In this document: positions 1-11,438 of the stretch, in pieces | How the letters are laid out: every line of letters starts with the position of its first letter | Numbering within the stretch: the first letter of the stretch is position 1 | Assembly: GCA_041695225.1 (NCBI GenBank) | Contig: JBGFRI010000037.1 | Location: 1-64,000 of the forward strand | Direction: 5' to 3' | DNA length: 64,000 nt | From: Deinococcota bacterium | GTDB lineage: Bacteria; Deinococcota; Deinococci; Deinococcales; Thermaceae | Program-made: the position numbers and the translations under genes | Notes under the pieces: model-generated | What the model was told of the DNA's origin: nothing | Databases searched by the model: none | What the model saw: only the letters and a program-made list of their open reading frames with translations

Positions 1-77
1 GGGCTTTTCGCAGGTAATCACGTCCTTCATCGGCTCAGGCGCCAGGGCATCCTCCGTGTGCCCGTTCTATCTTGACC
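1..77 (-). rRNA. rrl: 23S rRNA, 5' end (runs off window)
   Basis: Minus strand reads GGTCAAGATAGAACGGGCACACGGAGGATGCCCTGGCGCCTGAGCCGATGAAGGACGTG..., the conserved 5' start of 23S rRNA. Confidence 0.93.
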
Positions 78-254
78 TTTACTCCTGCTTCTGGGGTTGC
101 CCCCAGATTCAAGGTCTATTCATCACACCCTGGACTCAGAACGGCGTTCTACCTCATAAGAGGTAAAACATCGTCCAGGATGCTTCTCCTTCACTTCCTT
201 ACTACCCCTTTGTCATGATCCACGCGCCAGCCATTTTCATGGGGCGCAACGAGA

Positions 255-283
255 AGACTATCAAATACACGGGGGTGTGTCAA
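255..283 (-). promoter_or_regulatory. sigma70-type promoter of the 23S rRNA unit
   Basis: Minus strand TTGACA (283-278), 17 bp spacer, TAGTCT (260-255); about 170 nt upstream of the 23S start. Confidence 0.75.
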
Positions 284-520
284 GGGCAGTTGACGGCATA
301 TAAAATCACATCGCCTTGATATCACTGGGCAGTCTTGCCAGCGCGACCGCAGCTGGCACATGACTTTATAGACTCGGGAATATGACGGCCAAGGTTTCAA
401 GCGCCCAGTCTATAGCAGTCGTAATTTCACCCAGAGCCGACCGGGCTGTTCGGCAAAAAGGGCAGCCCCAGAATGGCCGGGTCTCATTTCATTTGCTTGC
501 CGACAACGACCCTATACTTT

Positions 521-1615
<1,095 letters not shown>

Positions 1616-1708
1616 TCAACGATGCCCTATGCTAATGCCCTGGTTGCGGTTCGGCGTTGACCGTTTATTGATATGCAGATGGTACAAAACCGACTCGGCC
1701 ACGCCGCA

Positions 1709-2737
1709 CTAAGCCCTGGCCGCCAGCACTTCCCCGGGCGACACCCGCCGGGGCTCCCTGAACTCGATATCCTCCCACTCGCCTTCTTCTATCACCTCGA
1801 GGTTAGGGTTGAGCTGCTGGAAGTGGGTCACCACCTCCTGCACCAGGTCGTCCGGGGTAGAGGCCGCCGAAGTAATCCCAACCGAGCGCACCCCCTGAAG
1901 CCAGTCGGGCTGAATGTCCTGCACGGTATTGATACGTTCGGCCCGGCCCACCAGACTCTGGGCCAGTTCCAACAGCCGCATCCCGTTGGAGGAGGCCAGG
2001 CTGGTCAGTACCAGGAACATATCCACCTGGGGCGCAATTTGCTTGACGGCATCCTGGCGGTTTTTAGTGGCGTAGCAGAGGTCGTGGCGGGAAGGAACCA
2101 CCAGCTTTGGAAAGCGACGCTTGAGAATTTCAATGGTTGCCAGGGTATCGTCCACCGAAAGTGTGGTCTGGGTCAGAACCACCACTTTCTCCTGGTCGGG
2201 AACCTCCACGGTATGGGGGTCGGCCAGGCGAGGGTCGCGCCCCAGATGCGTGTGTACGGCCACCAGAATGATCTCTTGTGGGGCTTCGCCGCGGGTTCCC
2301 TTAATCTCCTGGTGGTCGGCGGAGTCGCCAATTAGCAAAATCGAGTATCCCTCTCTGGCGTAGCGCCTGGCCTCAGTATGAACCTTGGTGACCAGTGGGC
2401 AGGTAGCATCAATCTGGTGCAGGTTGCGCTCTGCGGCCTGGGTTCGCAACCAGGGAGGAATCCCGTGGGCCGAGAAGACCACCGTCTGGCCCAGCTTTTT
2501 ACCCCCTGCCGCCAGTTTGTCGCGCAAATCCTCGACCTCGGCCAGGTCTTCGACAAAATGAACGCCATGCTGCGCTTTTAACCGATTGACCACCACATCG
2601 TTGTGTACGATGGAGTGATAGACTACGAGTTCACCCTCGCTCTTTAGTTGCTGTGCAGCCTTCTCCACGGCTTCTATTGCCATAACCACCCCAGCGCAAA
2701 AGCCCCTGGGTTTGGCTAAGTAAACTCTTTCCACCAT
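1709..2737 (-). CDS. ispH: 4-hydroxy-3-methylbut-2-enyl diphosphate reductase
   Basis: [36 protein letters not shown] and TSAASTP motifs. Confidence 0.95.
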   Translation of the reverse strand: MVERVYLAKPRGFCAGVVMAIEAVEKAAQQLKSEGELVVYHSIVHNDVVVNRLKAQHGVHFVEDLAEVEDLRDKLAAGGKKLGQTVVFSAHGIPPWLRTQAAERNLHQIDATCPLVTKVHTEARRYAREGYSILLIGDSADHQEIKGTRGEAPQEIILVAVHTHLGRDPRLADPHTVEVPDQEKVVVLTQTTLSVDDTLATIEILKRRFPKLVVPSRHDLCYATKNRQDAVKQIAPQVDMFLVLTSLASSNGMRLLELAQSLVGRAERINTVQDIQPDWLQGVRSVGITSAASTPDDLVQEVVTHFQQLNPNLEVIEEGEWEDIEFREPRRVSPGEVLAARA

Positions 2738-3004
2738 ACCGAGCCCCCACCTTAGCACAAGACCTGGCGCGGCTCTGTAACGTGGGACAAGGGGCGCAGG
2801 GTCTAGGCAAGAAAACTAGACTCTTGGCCGACAGCACGGTGCAAAGAGCACCTGTCTTTGAAAGGAGACCCTAGGCCGTCTTTTCGTCATACTAGAGGTA
2901 GGCATTGCGAGCACTCCCCGATGGCGCAGAACACTAGGCTCGAGGCACGTTCCGGCTGCGGGGCAAGCCAGATCGCCCATCGGCCAAGTTGCGCTTATTC
3001 CCTC

Positions 3005-3260
3005 TAGGATTGCTTCGTCGGCCCAAGGACCTCCTCGCAAGGGCGAAAAAGGGGCTTGTGGCCTCCTCGCAATGACGGGGGTCTGGGGCCAAATACAACC
3101 AGGAAACGAAAACCACGTCATTGCGAGCATCCGGAGGATGCGAAGCAATCCAGAGCGTCCCGGCAGTTGATGGGCTCTGCGAGCGTATCCTGGATTGCTT
3201 CGTCGGCCTGCGGCCTCCTCGGTATGACGAGGGGGGCGGGGCCTTCACGCAATGACGGGA
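3005..3260. repeat. Cluster of REP-like palindromic repeats (CGTCATTGCGAG...GAAGCAATCC and inverse)
   Basis: Units in both orientations at about 3008, 3061-3077, 3116-3153, 3190-3230 and 3241-3258; same family at 29546-29632. Confidence 0.75.
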
Positions 3261-3321
3261 AATGTGGCATGGGGCCTCGCCCAGAAGGCCTGATTTGGCG
3301 ATCATTCACCCGTGCTGTGTA

Positions 3322-5244
3322 TTAGCCCCTTACCCGGTGGGCCAGCAGGCGCAGCCCCACCAGAACGACAAAGAGCGTACCGCCCTCGTGAGCGATTACA
3401 CCCATGGGCAGGGTTACCTGCCCTGCCAGGGCAAAGACCCCTACCACCACAATTATGCTCATGGCCACGGTCAGGTTGAAGTAGACCGTGCGGGCGGTGG
3501 CGCGGGCCAGCTTCTGGGCGCCTACCAGGCGGGTCAGGTCGTTTTTCATCAGCACCAGGTCGGCGCTCTCCAGTGAGACGTCTGAGCCAGCCGCCATCGA
3601 GACCCCCACCGCCGCGATGTTCAGGGCCGGAGCGTCGTTGATCCCATCGCCTACCATCACCACGGTACCCCCCCGACCCAGTTGTTCGATGCATTGAAGC
3701 TTCTGCTCGGGTAGAAGTTCGGCATAGACCTCGGTAATGCCCACCTGGGCAGCAATATGGTCGGCCACCGCTTTGCGGTCGCCGGTGAGCATTACCACCC
3801 GCGCCCCTTGCTGTTTGAGCCGGGCGATGGCGCGGGCAGCCTCTGGGCGGGGGGTGTCGGCCACGCCCAGCAGGGCGATAGGGTGGCGGGTGATGCCCAA
3901 CACGGCGGTGGTCTGGCCCTGGTTTTCCAGGGCTTGCAGGCGAAGTTCCAGCGCCGGGGGAAGCTCGATAGCCAGCTCAGCTAACAGGCGTCGGTTGCCC
4001 ACCCAGACCTGAGAGCCATCCGCCAGCACCCCCAGTATTCCGTGCCCACGTATGGCCCGGACTTCGCCCACTTCCGGCACGGGGCCATCCCAGGCTTTGG
4101 CGATGGCCTGGGCGATGGGGTGTTCGCTGTAGCGCTCGAGGCCGGCGGCCAGCGCCCGGGCCTCGGCTTCCGAGAGCCCCGGCAAAACCTCTACGCTCAC
4201 CAGCTGCATGCGTCCCTGGGTGAGGGTGCCGGTTTTATCGAATGCGAAGATGCTGGCCCGGGCCAGGGACTCCAGGGCAGCTCCACTCTTGAAGAGTGCA
4301 CCGGCCCTGGCCCCAGCAGCCATAGCCGACAAGACCGCCGCCGGTGTGGCAATCACCACCGCACACGGGCTGGCCACTACCAGAAAGGTCATGGCCCGGT
4401 ACCAGGCCTGTGCGGCCTCGAGGCCAAAACCATAGTGCGCCACCGCAAACACCAGCGGCGCCGAGAGCAAAACCACCATCGAGTAAGGCCCTTCAAAGCG
4501 CTCGGCAAAGCGCTCGGTGCGGCTTTTGGCAGCGCGGGCGCTTTCCACCAGTCGGATTAGCCTGGCCAGCGTGCTTTCGCTGGCGGGTCGTTCCACCTGT
4601 ACCCGCACCACCCCCTGGCCGTTGAGAGTGCCGCTCTTTACGGGGTCGCCCGGTTTTTTGTCAACCGGCACGCTCTCGCCGGTAAGGGCGCTCTCGTCCA
4701 CCTCGGTGTAGCCCTCCAGCACACTGCCATCGGCGGCAAAGCGCTCGCCGGGTCGCACTACCAGAATGTCGCCAGGGCGCAACGCTGAAAGCGGCCGCCA
4801 CTGCTCGCTCCCATCGGGCAGTAGGACACTGGCGCCTTCGGGATAGAGGGTCATCAGGGCCTCAATGGCCCGCCGGGTGCGGTTCATAGCCCAGCTTTGC
4901 AGGGCGTTGGAAAGGCTGAACAGAAAGAGCAGGATAGCCCCGTCGCCCGCCTGCCCCACCGAGGCGGCTCCCAGCGCTGCTACCACCATCAGCAGGTCCA
5001 CATCCAGCTTGCGGCGTGACAGGCTGCGCAGCGCCTTGAGGGCAGCCGGAACACCGCCCGCCAGATAGGCCAGAACCCACAGGCTGTCTTGCAGCCAGAT
5101 GAGCTGATAACCTCCGGCTACAGAACCCCCAGCCACCCCCAACAGGGTCAGGGCAGAAAGCAAGAAGCCCCGCCTAACTTCGCTTTGCCAGAACAGCAGC
5201 CAGGGGTGTTGCGGCGGGAGGGGGGAGGTAGCGACAGCACTCAT
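3322..5244 (-). CDS. Heavy-metal P1B-type ATPase (P1B-4-like, ZosA/PfeT type)
   Basis: TGES, ASPCA, DKTGTLT, SEHP, GDGINDAPAL and C-terminal HEGGT; no N-terminal metal-binding domain. Confidence 0.92.
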   Translation of the reverse strand: MSAVATSPLPPQHPWLLFWQSEVRRGFLLSALTLLGVAGGSVAGGYQLIWLQDSLWVLAYLAGGVPAALKALRSLSRRKLDVDLLMVVAALGAASVGQAGDGAILLFLFSLSNALQSWAMNRTRRAIEALMTLYPEGASVLLPDGSEQWRPLSALRPGDILVVRPGERFAADGSVLEGYTEVDESALTGESVPVDKKPGDPVKSGTLNGQGVVRVQVERPASESTLARLIRLVESARAAKSRTERFAERFEGPYSMVVLLSAPLVFAVAHYGFGLEAAQAWYRAMTFLVVASPCAVVIATPAAVLSAMAAGARAGALFKSGAALESLARASIFAFDKTGTLTQGRMQLVSVEVLPGLSEAEARALAAGLERYSEHPIAQAIAKAWDGPVPEVGEVRAIRGHGILGVLADGSQVWVGNRRLLAELAIELPPALELRLQALENQGQTTAVLGITRHPIALLGVADTPRPEAARAIARLKQQGARVVMLTGDRKAVADHIAAQVGITEVYAELLPEQKLQCIEQLGRGGTVVMVGDGINDAPALNIAAVGVSMAAGSDVSLESADLVLMKNDLTRLVGAQKLARATARTVYFNLTVAMSIIVVVGVFALAGQVTLPMGVIAHEGGTLFVVLVGLRLLAHRVRG

Positions 5245-5271
5245 AAGGGCTTCCTGAGAGCTTAGGTGATA

Positions 5272-5300
5272 TTATTGCAAATAATAATCAATAGCAATAA
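5272..5300. promoter_or_regulatory. Fur-family-like operator upstream of P1B ATPase
   Basis: AT-rich dyad TTATTGC-aaataataatcaata-GCAATAA about 30 bp upstream of the ATPase start. Confidence 0.5.
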
Positions 5301-5775
5301 GCTAACTTTAGTCAACTTGGATGCCATAATCCCGAGCGGCTTAGTGTAGATTTGTTCCGTACCACACGATAATTCTAGCGCTTAGTCATCGGGACATTCT
5401 TTCCTTTAGCAGGCTTGATAGGGGGTTTGCGCTCAGGCCTGGCACTAGATGGGGGCCGAATTTTCACAGCAAAGCTTTATGGGTTGAAACGGCTATCCCA
5501 GTTTCTGGCAGATACTCGGCCTTTGACTACACTCCGACACCCCCTCATCTAGCGACATCTGAGATTTCCAAATACTATCCATGACCCCTGCTTCCAAGGC
5601 CACAACGCGGGGCTTGCCACCCTTTCTCCCTCCACATCAGGCGCATGTGGCCCAGTTTAAGAACCGAGAGCAAACAGAGATTTGAGAGCGGGTATTTGGA
5701 TAGCTATTTCTCTCCCTGAATAGCTGACCGGCCTCGTCCTGGACAGATATAAGTCTTCTCAGACCTAAGCAGCAA

Positions 5776-6180
5776 TTACCCGATCACCCTTAGCCCAGGA
5801 AAGGCGGCGGCGTACACGGTATCATCAAAGGTCATCAGGTGTAGTTTGTGGTGCTGGGCATGAGCGCCGATCAGAAAATCGGCCACAATACGCCGGGGTA
5901 GTTGCCCGCCTCGCCGCTGAACGGCATACTGACTCAGAGCATGGCCAGCCTGTTGCCAAACGGTCTCGGGCATCTCCCACAGCACTGCGACCCTGGTTTT
6001 CTTAAGGAATACCCGAATTCCTGCTATTGCGGGAGAGGCACACAGTTCGCTATAGACCACAGGCGAGATGACCAGGGCTTCGAGGGTACCTCGATGGCTC
6101 AACAACCGTCTGGCGCGGGCGTAATTGACGTCGTGGGGATTCAAAACCGAGAAAATGATATTGGTGTCCAGGCTAATCAT
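5776..6180 (-). CDS. PIN-domain (VapC) toxin
   Basis: ISLDTNII...DFLIGAHA...TFD PIN motifs; overlaps the upstream antitoxin stop. Confidence 0.9.
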   Translation of the reverse strand: MISLDTNIIFSVLNPHDVNYARARRLLSHRGTLEALVISPVVYSELCASPAIAGIRVFLKKTRVAVLWEMPETVWQQAGHALSQYAVQRRGGQLPRRIVADFLIGAHAQHHKLHLMTFDDTVYAAAFPGLRVIG

Positions 6181-6437
6181 GGCTCATCAGCTAACCCGCG
6201 TTCTTCTCTAAGGTACCTAACAGCGTCGTCTTGGGTTTGCTGCCTCAACTGCTCAAAGTTGTGTTGGGCCAGGACTTCATCGAGAACCTTTTCTAAGTCG
6301 GGGCGGATCACCCGAAGCTCGAGCCGGCACCCCTTAACCTTGTACTCAACCAGGTCTCCTGGCTTGATCCCCAGCCCTTTGCGAATTTCTGCCGGGAGGG
6401 TAAGTTGATACTTACTGCTGACTGTTCCACGCGCCAT
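6177..6437 (-). CDS. AbrB/MazE/SpoVT-family antitoxin
   Basis: VSSKYQLTLPAEIRKGLGIKPGD swapped-hairpin motif; TATAAT 6 nt before ATG. Confidence 0.9.
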   Translation of the reverse strand: MARGTVSSKYQLTLPAEIRKGLGIKPGDLVEYKVKGCRLELRVIRPDLEKVLDEVLAQHNFEQLRQQTQDDAVRYLREERGLADEP

Positions 6438-6578
6438 GGCTAGATTATACTGGAAAGCACGCTTTACTTACCAGCATTACTTACTCACAAAATGATCTTT
6501 GGCATGAAGATGGACTTATCGAACACGGTCGAATGGTCTACCCACCACCCTGCTGCAGGTTACTTGGCGAGCCTCAGT

Positions 6579-7625
6579 TTAGACTGGGCGCTTGATGATA
6601 GAGAGGGCCGCCAGCAAATCCTCTTCGCCAAAGGGCTTGGCGATGTGGGCTACTCGAGCTCCCCGGACCCACAACCCCCGCGGAGCCTGCTCGGCGATTA
6701 TCCAGATGGGCAGGTAGCGCCCGCCCGGCAAGGCCCGCAAAAAGCGCACCTTGTAGGCGAGGTTGGGGCCTTCCAGCAAAACTCCCTGCACCCGGTGGTG
6801 CTTCAGGATGCTTCTGGCAGCTTCCAGGTCGGGGGGCAGCATCACCCGGTAGCGGTAGCGCTCGAGGGTAATTAGCAACAACCGCTTTGTTACGCCAGAC
6901 TCGCACAAGACCAGCAGCACCGGATCCTGTGGATGTACCTCGGCTTCCATCAGGAGGCCCCGGCTTTTTAGCTCGTAGAGCAGGTGGTAGACCTGTTCTT
7001 CCGGCAGGTCACACTCCAGGGCTACCGAGCGGGCTCGCCTGAGACCGTCTATGGCCTCCAGCACCGTCCAGGCATCGGGCGAGAGGGCGTGGCGGGTGGG
7101 GTCGCCACAGAGCTGTAGCACGGTATCGGGGTCTACCTTGCCCCGCATCCACTCGTCCAGACGGCGCAGGGCTTCAATCAGGATGGCGCTGGTATCGGTG
7201 ACACCGGGCAGCAGCACCTGCGAGGCGTCTGTCGGCGGGGTCTGGGCTACCAGCTCGCCTTCCGGCTGGGCCAGGAGGGTGGCCAGGCCCTCCAGGATCT
7301 GGGTGTGCAGGGCGTCGGTCAGCTCGCTCTCGCTGACCATCCTGTGCTGCAGCGCCAGCAGGCCCAGGGGGGTTCCGGGGTTTTCTTGCTGCTGGAATTT
7401 GACCAGTTCTTGAACCTGTTCCAAGGTCAGGTAGTCGAAGCGCACCAGATACTCGCCCAGATGGGTGCCGGGAGTGGTATGGATGTAGGCGATTCTGCCC
7501 TCGCGGAGGTGGATTCGGCCCTTTAGCTTTGGGCAGGTGATCTCGATGACCGCATTTTTGCGACCGGCCTCGAGGGTACGTAGCAGGTCGCCCAGGTCAA
7601 TTTCGTCCAGTCTGGCCCGAATCAC
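6579..7625 (-). CDS. DUF4388/PATAN-domain protein with C-terminal receiver-like domain
   Basis: N-terminal LDEIDLGDLLRTL...GRIHLREGRI; C-terminal IAKPFGEEDL. Confidence 0.75.
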   Translation of the reverse strand: MIRARLDEIDLGDLLRTLEAGRKNAVIEITCPKLKGRIHLREGRIAYIHTTPGTHLGEYLVRFDYLTLEQVQELVKFQQQENPGTPLGLLALQHRMVSESELTDALHTQILEGLATLLAQPEGELVAQTPPTDASQVLLPGVTDTSAILIEALRRLDEWMRGKVDPDTVLQLCGDPTRHALSPDAWTVLEAIDGLRRARSVALECDLPEEQVYHLLYELKSRGLLMEAEVHPQDPVLLVLCESGVTKRLLLITLERYRYRVMLPPDLEAARSILKHHRVQGVLLEGPNLAYKVRFLRALPGGRYLPIWIIAEQAPRGLWVRGARVAHIAKPFGEEDLLAALSIIKRPV

Positions 7626-8033
7626 AGTGCTGGTTCCTCACAAGTGATTGTAGCTGACTTGTAATCGATCCACAGCATCCCATCTGTACCCTTCTCCTGA
7701 GGGTTTCTGCTGCTCAATATCAGGCACTTGACAGATTGATACTGGGGTCAAGCGCAGGAACAAACATCGCGACAGTGGCCAGTGCCCAGAAATCACTAAG
7801 CGCTAGGCGGTCTGGCAGCAAAGTCTTCGCGCCCCTACAACTCATTTGCCGTCGAGAGAAAACGTCGAAGATCCATAGTCGAAGGCCAAAAGCAAAAGCC
7901 CTTAAAAACAGCAATCAGCGTCTGGGTGCATCCGACGCCCCCGACCTGCGACCTGAGACTTGAGACCGGCGACCCCAGACATGCTCCGTAGATCAGTCAC
8001 AAACCAACTTACCAGACCAGTAAGATCAGTTCT

Positions 8034-9011
8034 TTAGTCCAACAGCCGACTTTGCTCCGGCAGGGGGTAGCCAAGGTGGGTATAGGCCCGTTCGGTAGCC
8101 TGGCGGCCTCGGGGGGTGCGCTTGAGCAGGCCCAGCTGGATCAGGAAGGGCTCGTGGACCTCCTCGAGGGTCTCGGGGTCTTCGGCCAGCGCGGTGGCCA
8201 GGGTCTCGAGGCCCACCGGCCCCCCTGCAAAGCGCTGGATAACGGTCTGGATGATCAGGCGGTCGCGGGGGTCCAGCCCCAGAGCATCCATGCCCAGGGC
8301 GTCGAGGGCATGTCTGGTGCGCTCGAGGCGCACCACCTGCTCGCCGGCCACCTGGGTAAAGTCGCGTACCCGCCGGAACAGCCGCTTGGCGATGCGCATG
8401 GCCCCCCGGCTGCGGCGCCCAATTTCCAGCGCGGCCTGGGGCTCGATCTGCAACCCCAGCAGCCTAGCGTCGCGCTCCACGCCCTGGGCCAGCTCGGTCT
8501 CGGTGTAAAACTCGAGGTGCTCAATAATTCCAAAGCGGCTGCGCAGAGGCCCGGAGATGAGCCCCGGACGGGTAGTCGCGCCAATCAGGGTAAAGCGGGG
8601 CAGGTCTAGCCGCAGGGTGCGGGCGGCCGGGCCAGAGCCGATGACAATATCAATCTTAAAGTCTTCCAGGGCGGGGTAGAGGTGCTCCTCGGCAACTTTG
8701 GAAAGGCGGTGGATCTCGTCTATAAACAGAATATCGCCATCTTCCAGGGTGTTGCTCAGAATGGCGGCCAGGTCGCCGGGTTTTTCGATGGCTGGGCCGC
8801 TGGTTACCCGGATGTTCACGCCCAGTTCGATGGCCACCACATAGGCCAGGGTGGTCTTGCCCAGTCCTGGCGGCCCAAACAAGAGCAGGTGGTCGAGGGC
8901 CTCCCGCCGGTTTTTGGCGGCCTCGAGGTAGACCCGCAGTTTCTGCTTGAGCTTGGCCTGCCCCACGTAGTCTTCCAGGCTCTTGGGCCGCAGGGTCAAA
9001 TCCGGTTCCAC
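8034..9011 (-). CDS. ruvB: Holliday junction branch migration helicase RuvB
   Basis: [31 protein letters not shown] and RTPRGR; GTG start chosen at 9011. Confidence 0.96.
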   Translation of the reverse strand: MEPDLTLRPKSLEDYVGQAKLKQKLRVYLEAAKNRREALDHLLLFGPPGLGKTTLAYVVAIELGVNIRVTSGPAIEKPGDLAAILSNTLEDGDILFIDEIHRLSKVAEEHLYPALEDFKIDIVIGSGPAARTLRLDLPRFTLIGATTRPGLISGPLRSRFGIIEHLEFYTETELAQGVERDARLLGLQIEPQAALEIGRRSRGAMRIAKRLFRRVRDFTQVAGEQVVRLERTRHALDALGMDALGLDPRDRLIIQTVIQRFAGGPVGLETLATALAEDPETLEEVHEPFLIQLGLLKRTPRGRQATERAYTHLGYPLPEQSRLLD

Positions 9012-9174
9012 GCCCATCATCATACAAGCAGCCTGCCCGGCGGTTACGTTAGCTGCGTAAAGAACCCGGTTGGACGGCCTGGCAAGTGTTAGGGGACTGA
9101 GCACGGCACAAGCCCGGGGGTTTGTCGTGGCAGGATAGCAGCCAAACCTGGCTCATCGGGCTAGAATAGCTCTG

Positions 9175-10161
9175 ATGGTGCGGTTTTCTGCCAGTGGGGT
9201 GCGACTCGACCAGGCCCTGGCTTTTGAAGCCAATACCTCCAGAGCCAGGGCCCAGGAGTGGATTGCGGCGGGGCTGGTATGGGTGGGTGGCAGGGTGGTG
9301 ACCAAGGCCTCCTACAAGCTGCGCGGCGAGACCGTTGAAGTCGAGCCGCCGCCCCCCCTGTCTGCCACGGTAGCCGCCGAGGAGATTCCCCTGCAAGTGC
9401 TGTACCAGAATCAAGACCTGATCGTGATCAACAAGCCCGCCGGCATGATTACCCACCCAGCCCCAGGGGTCTACTCGGGAACGCTGGTCAACGCCCTGCT
9501 GGGACGCTTTGGGCTCGATCTCTCACCGGCTGATAGCAGCGAAACGGACGACACAAAAGCTCTGAAGGCGCAAAGGCCCGAGCTAATTCGCCCCGGCATT
9601 GTGCACCGGCTCGACAAAGATACCAGTGGGGTGATGGTGGTAGCCCGCCACGGGGCCGCCCATCGTCGGCTTTCCGAAGCCTTCGCCCAGCGCAGCGTCT
9701 TCAAGCGCTATATTGCCCTCACGCTGGGAGTTCCGCCAGAAGGCGCCCTGTCGGCGCCTGTAGGGCGCCACCCGGTTGACCGCACCCGCATGCAGGTGGG
9801 GGGTGTTGCGGCCAGGTATGCCCAGACCGAGCTCGAGGTGCTGGGTGTGGTGGATAAATATGCCCTGGTCTCGGCCATCCTGCATACCGGCCGCACCCAC
9901 CAGATCCGGGTACACCTCAAACACCTGCATACCCCGATTCTGGGCGATGAGGTGTATGGCAAGGCCTCGGATTTTATCGCCCGCCAGGCCCTGCACGCTT
10001 ACGAACTGCGCTTTGAGCATCCCCGTACCGGAAGATACCTGCATTTTGTGGCCCCCATCCCTGGCGATATGGTGCGGGCCTGGAGGCTCCTGGGTGGAGT
10101 CTGGCCGACGAACCTGATTACCGATGTGGCAGAGTCGAGTCTGGTAGGGCCCTCTTTGTAG
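9175..10161 (+). CDS. RluA/RluD-family pseudouridine synthase with S4 domain
   Basis: INKPAG, RPGIVHRLDKDTSG and TGRTHQIRVH. Confidence 0.92.
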   Translation: MVRFSASGVRLDQALAFEANTSRARAQEWIAAGLVWVGGRVVTKASYKLRGETVEVEPPPPLSATVAAEEIPLQVLYQNQDLIVINKPAGMITHPAPGVYSGTLVNALLGRFGLDLSPADSSETDDTKALKAQRPELIRPGIVHRLDKDTSGVMVVARHGAAHRRLSEAFAQRSVFKRYIALTLGVPPEGALSAPVGRHPVDRTRMQVGGVAARYAQTELEVLGVVDKYALVSAILHTGRTHQIRVHLKHLHTPILGDEVYGKASDFIARQALHAYELRFEHPRTGRYLHFVAPIPGDMVRAWRLLGGVWPTNLITDVAESSLVGPSL

Positions 10162-10228
10162 AAAAAGCTTGATTTGCGGGCGCAGGTTGGGAATACTGTT
10201 GAGTAGCTCAACAGCCCGGAGGTAAGGC

Positions 10229-11389
10229 ATGAATGTAGTCTTTCTCTCGCCCCATTTTCCCCCCAACTTCTGGCCTTTTTGCGTGCGTTTGCGAGAGGCC
10301 GGGCATATGGTGTTGGGCCTGGCCGATGCTGAATACGACCAGCTCCGGCCCGAGTTAAAGGAGGCCCTGACCGAGTATTACAAAGTGGGCGATATGCACA
10401 ACTACGACGAGCTGGTGCGGGCTCTGGGCTACTTTACCCACAAGTACGGCAAGCTGGACCGGGTCGAGTCCATGAACGAGTACTGGCTCGAGACCGAGGC
10501 CAGGCTGCGCGAAGATTTCAACATTTTTGGCCTGCGCCCCGAGGACATGAGCCATGTCAAGCGCAAATCGGTGATGAAACAATACTTCCAGCTGGTGGGC
10601 CTGCCGGTGGCGCGGGGAAAGGTCTGCCGTACTGCGGCCCAGGTCCAGGACTTTGTAGACGAGGTGGGCTATCCGGTGGTGGCTAAGCCCGACATTGGAG
10701 TGGGCGCGGCCAAAACTTACAAGATCAACAACGACGCCGAACTGATGGACTATATCGCCACCAAGCCCCCGGTGGAGTACATTGTGGAGGAGTTTGTCCC
10801 TGGCAAAATTATCACCTACGATGGCCTTACCGATATCCGGGGCAACGTGGTTTTCGATAGCTCCATGGAGTACTCCAGGGGCGTGATGGACGCGGTCAAC
10901 CAGGACACCGACATCTATTACTACATGGTGCGGGAGATTTCCCAGGACCTGCGCGAGGCCGGGCGTAAGGTGGTAAAGGCCTTTAACGTGCTCGAGCGCT
11001 TCTTTCACTTCGAGTTTTTCCGGCTGGAAGACGGCTCGCTGGTGGCGCTGGAGGTAAACATGCGCCCGCCCGGCGGCCTCACCATTGACATGTTCAACTA
11101 TGCCAACGAGATCGACATCTTCCAAGAATGGGCCAGTCTGCTAACCTACGGTACAGTAGTCGAGCAGGCCAGGCACCTCTATTTCTGCACTTACGTGGGT
11201 CGTAAAGATCATATTAGTTACAAGCGTTCGCACCAAGAGGTAATGCTCGAGTTCGGGCCGCTGATAGCCCACCACGAGCCAATCAGCGGTATTTTTGCAG
11301 GGGCCATCGGCAACTACGGTTATATCCTGCGCCACCCCGAACTTGACCCCATGCTGAGGGCAGCACAAGCCATACAGGAGAGGGCCTAG
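10229..11389 (+). CDS. ATP-grasp domain protein
   Basis: GYPVVAKPDIGVGA, EEFVPG, HFEFF and EVNMRPPG. Confidence 0.85.
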   Translation: MNVVFLSPHFPPNFWPFCVRLREAGHMVLGLADAEYDQLRPELKEALTEYYKVGDMHNYDELVRALGYFTHKYGKLDRVESMNEYWLETEARLREDFNIFGLRPEDMSHVKRKSVMKQYFQLVGLPVARGKVCRTAAQVQDFVDEVGYPVVAKPDIGVGAAKTYKINNDAELMDYIATKPPVEYIVEEFVPGKIITYDGLTDIRGNVVFDSSMEYSRGVMDAVNQDTDIYYYMVREISQDLREAGRKVVKAFNVLERFFHFEFFRLEDGSLVALEVNMRPPGGLTIDMFNYANEIDIFQEWASLLTYGTVVEQARHLYFCTYVGRKDHISYKRSHQEVMLEFGPLIAHHEPISGIFAGAIGNYGYILRHPELDPMLRAAQAIQERA

Positions 11390-11438
11390 CCGACCAGGGC
11401 CAGAGCAGACTGGCTCTTAACCCACAGACGAGGACAAC

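Noticed and set aside
191..400. 69-aa ORF upstream of 23S
   Set aside because: Overlaps the rRNA promoter and leader; no protein features
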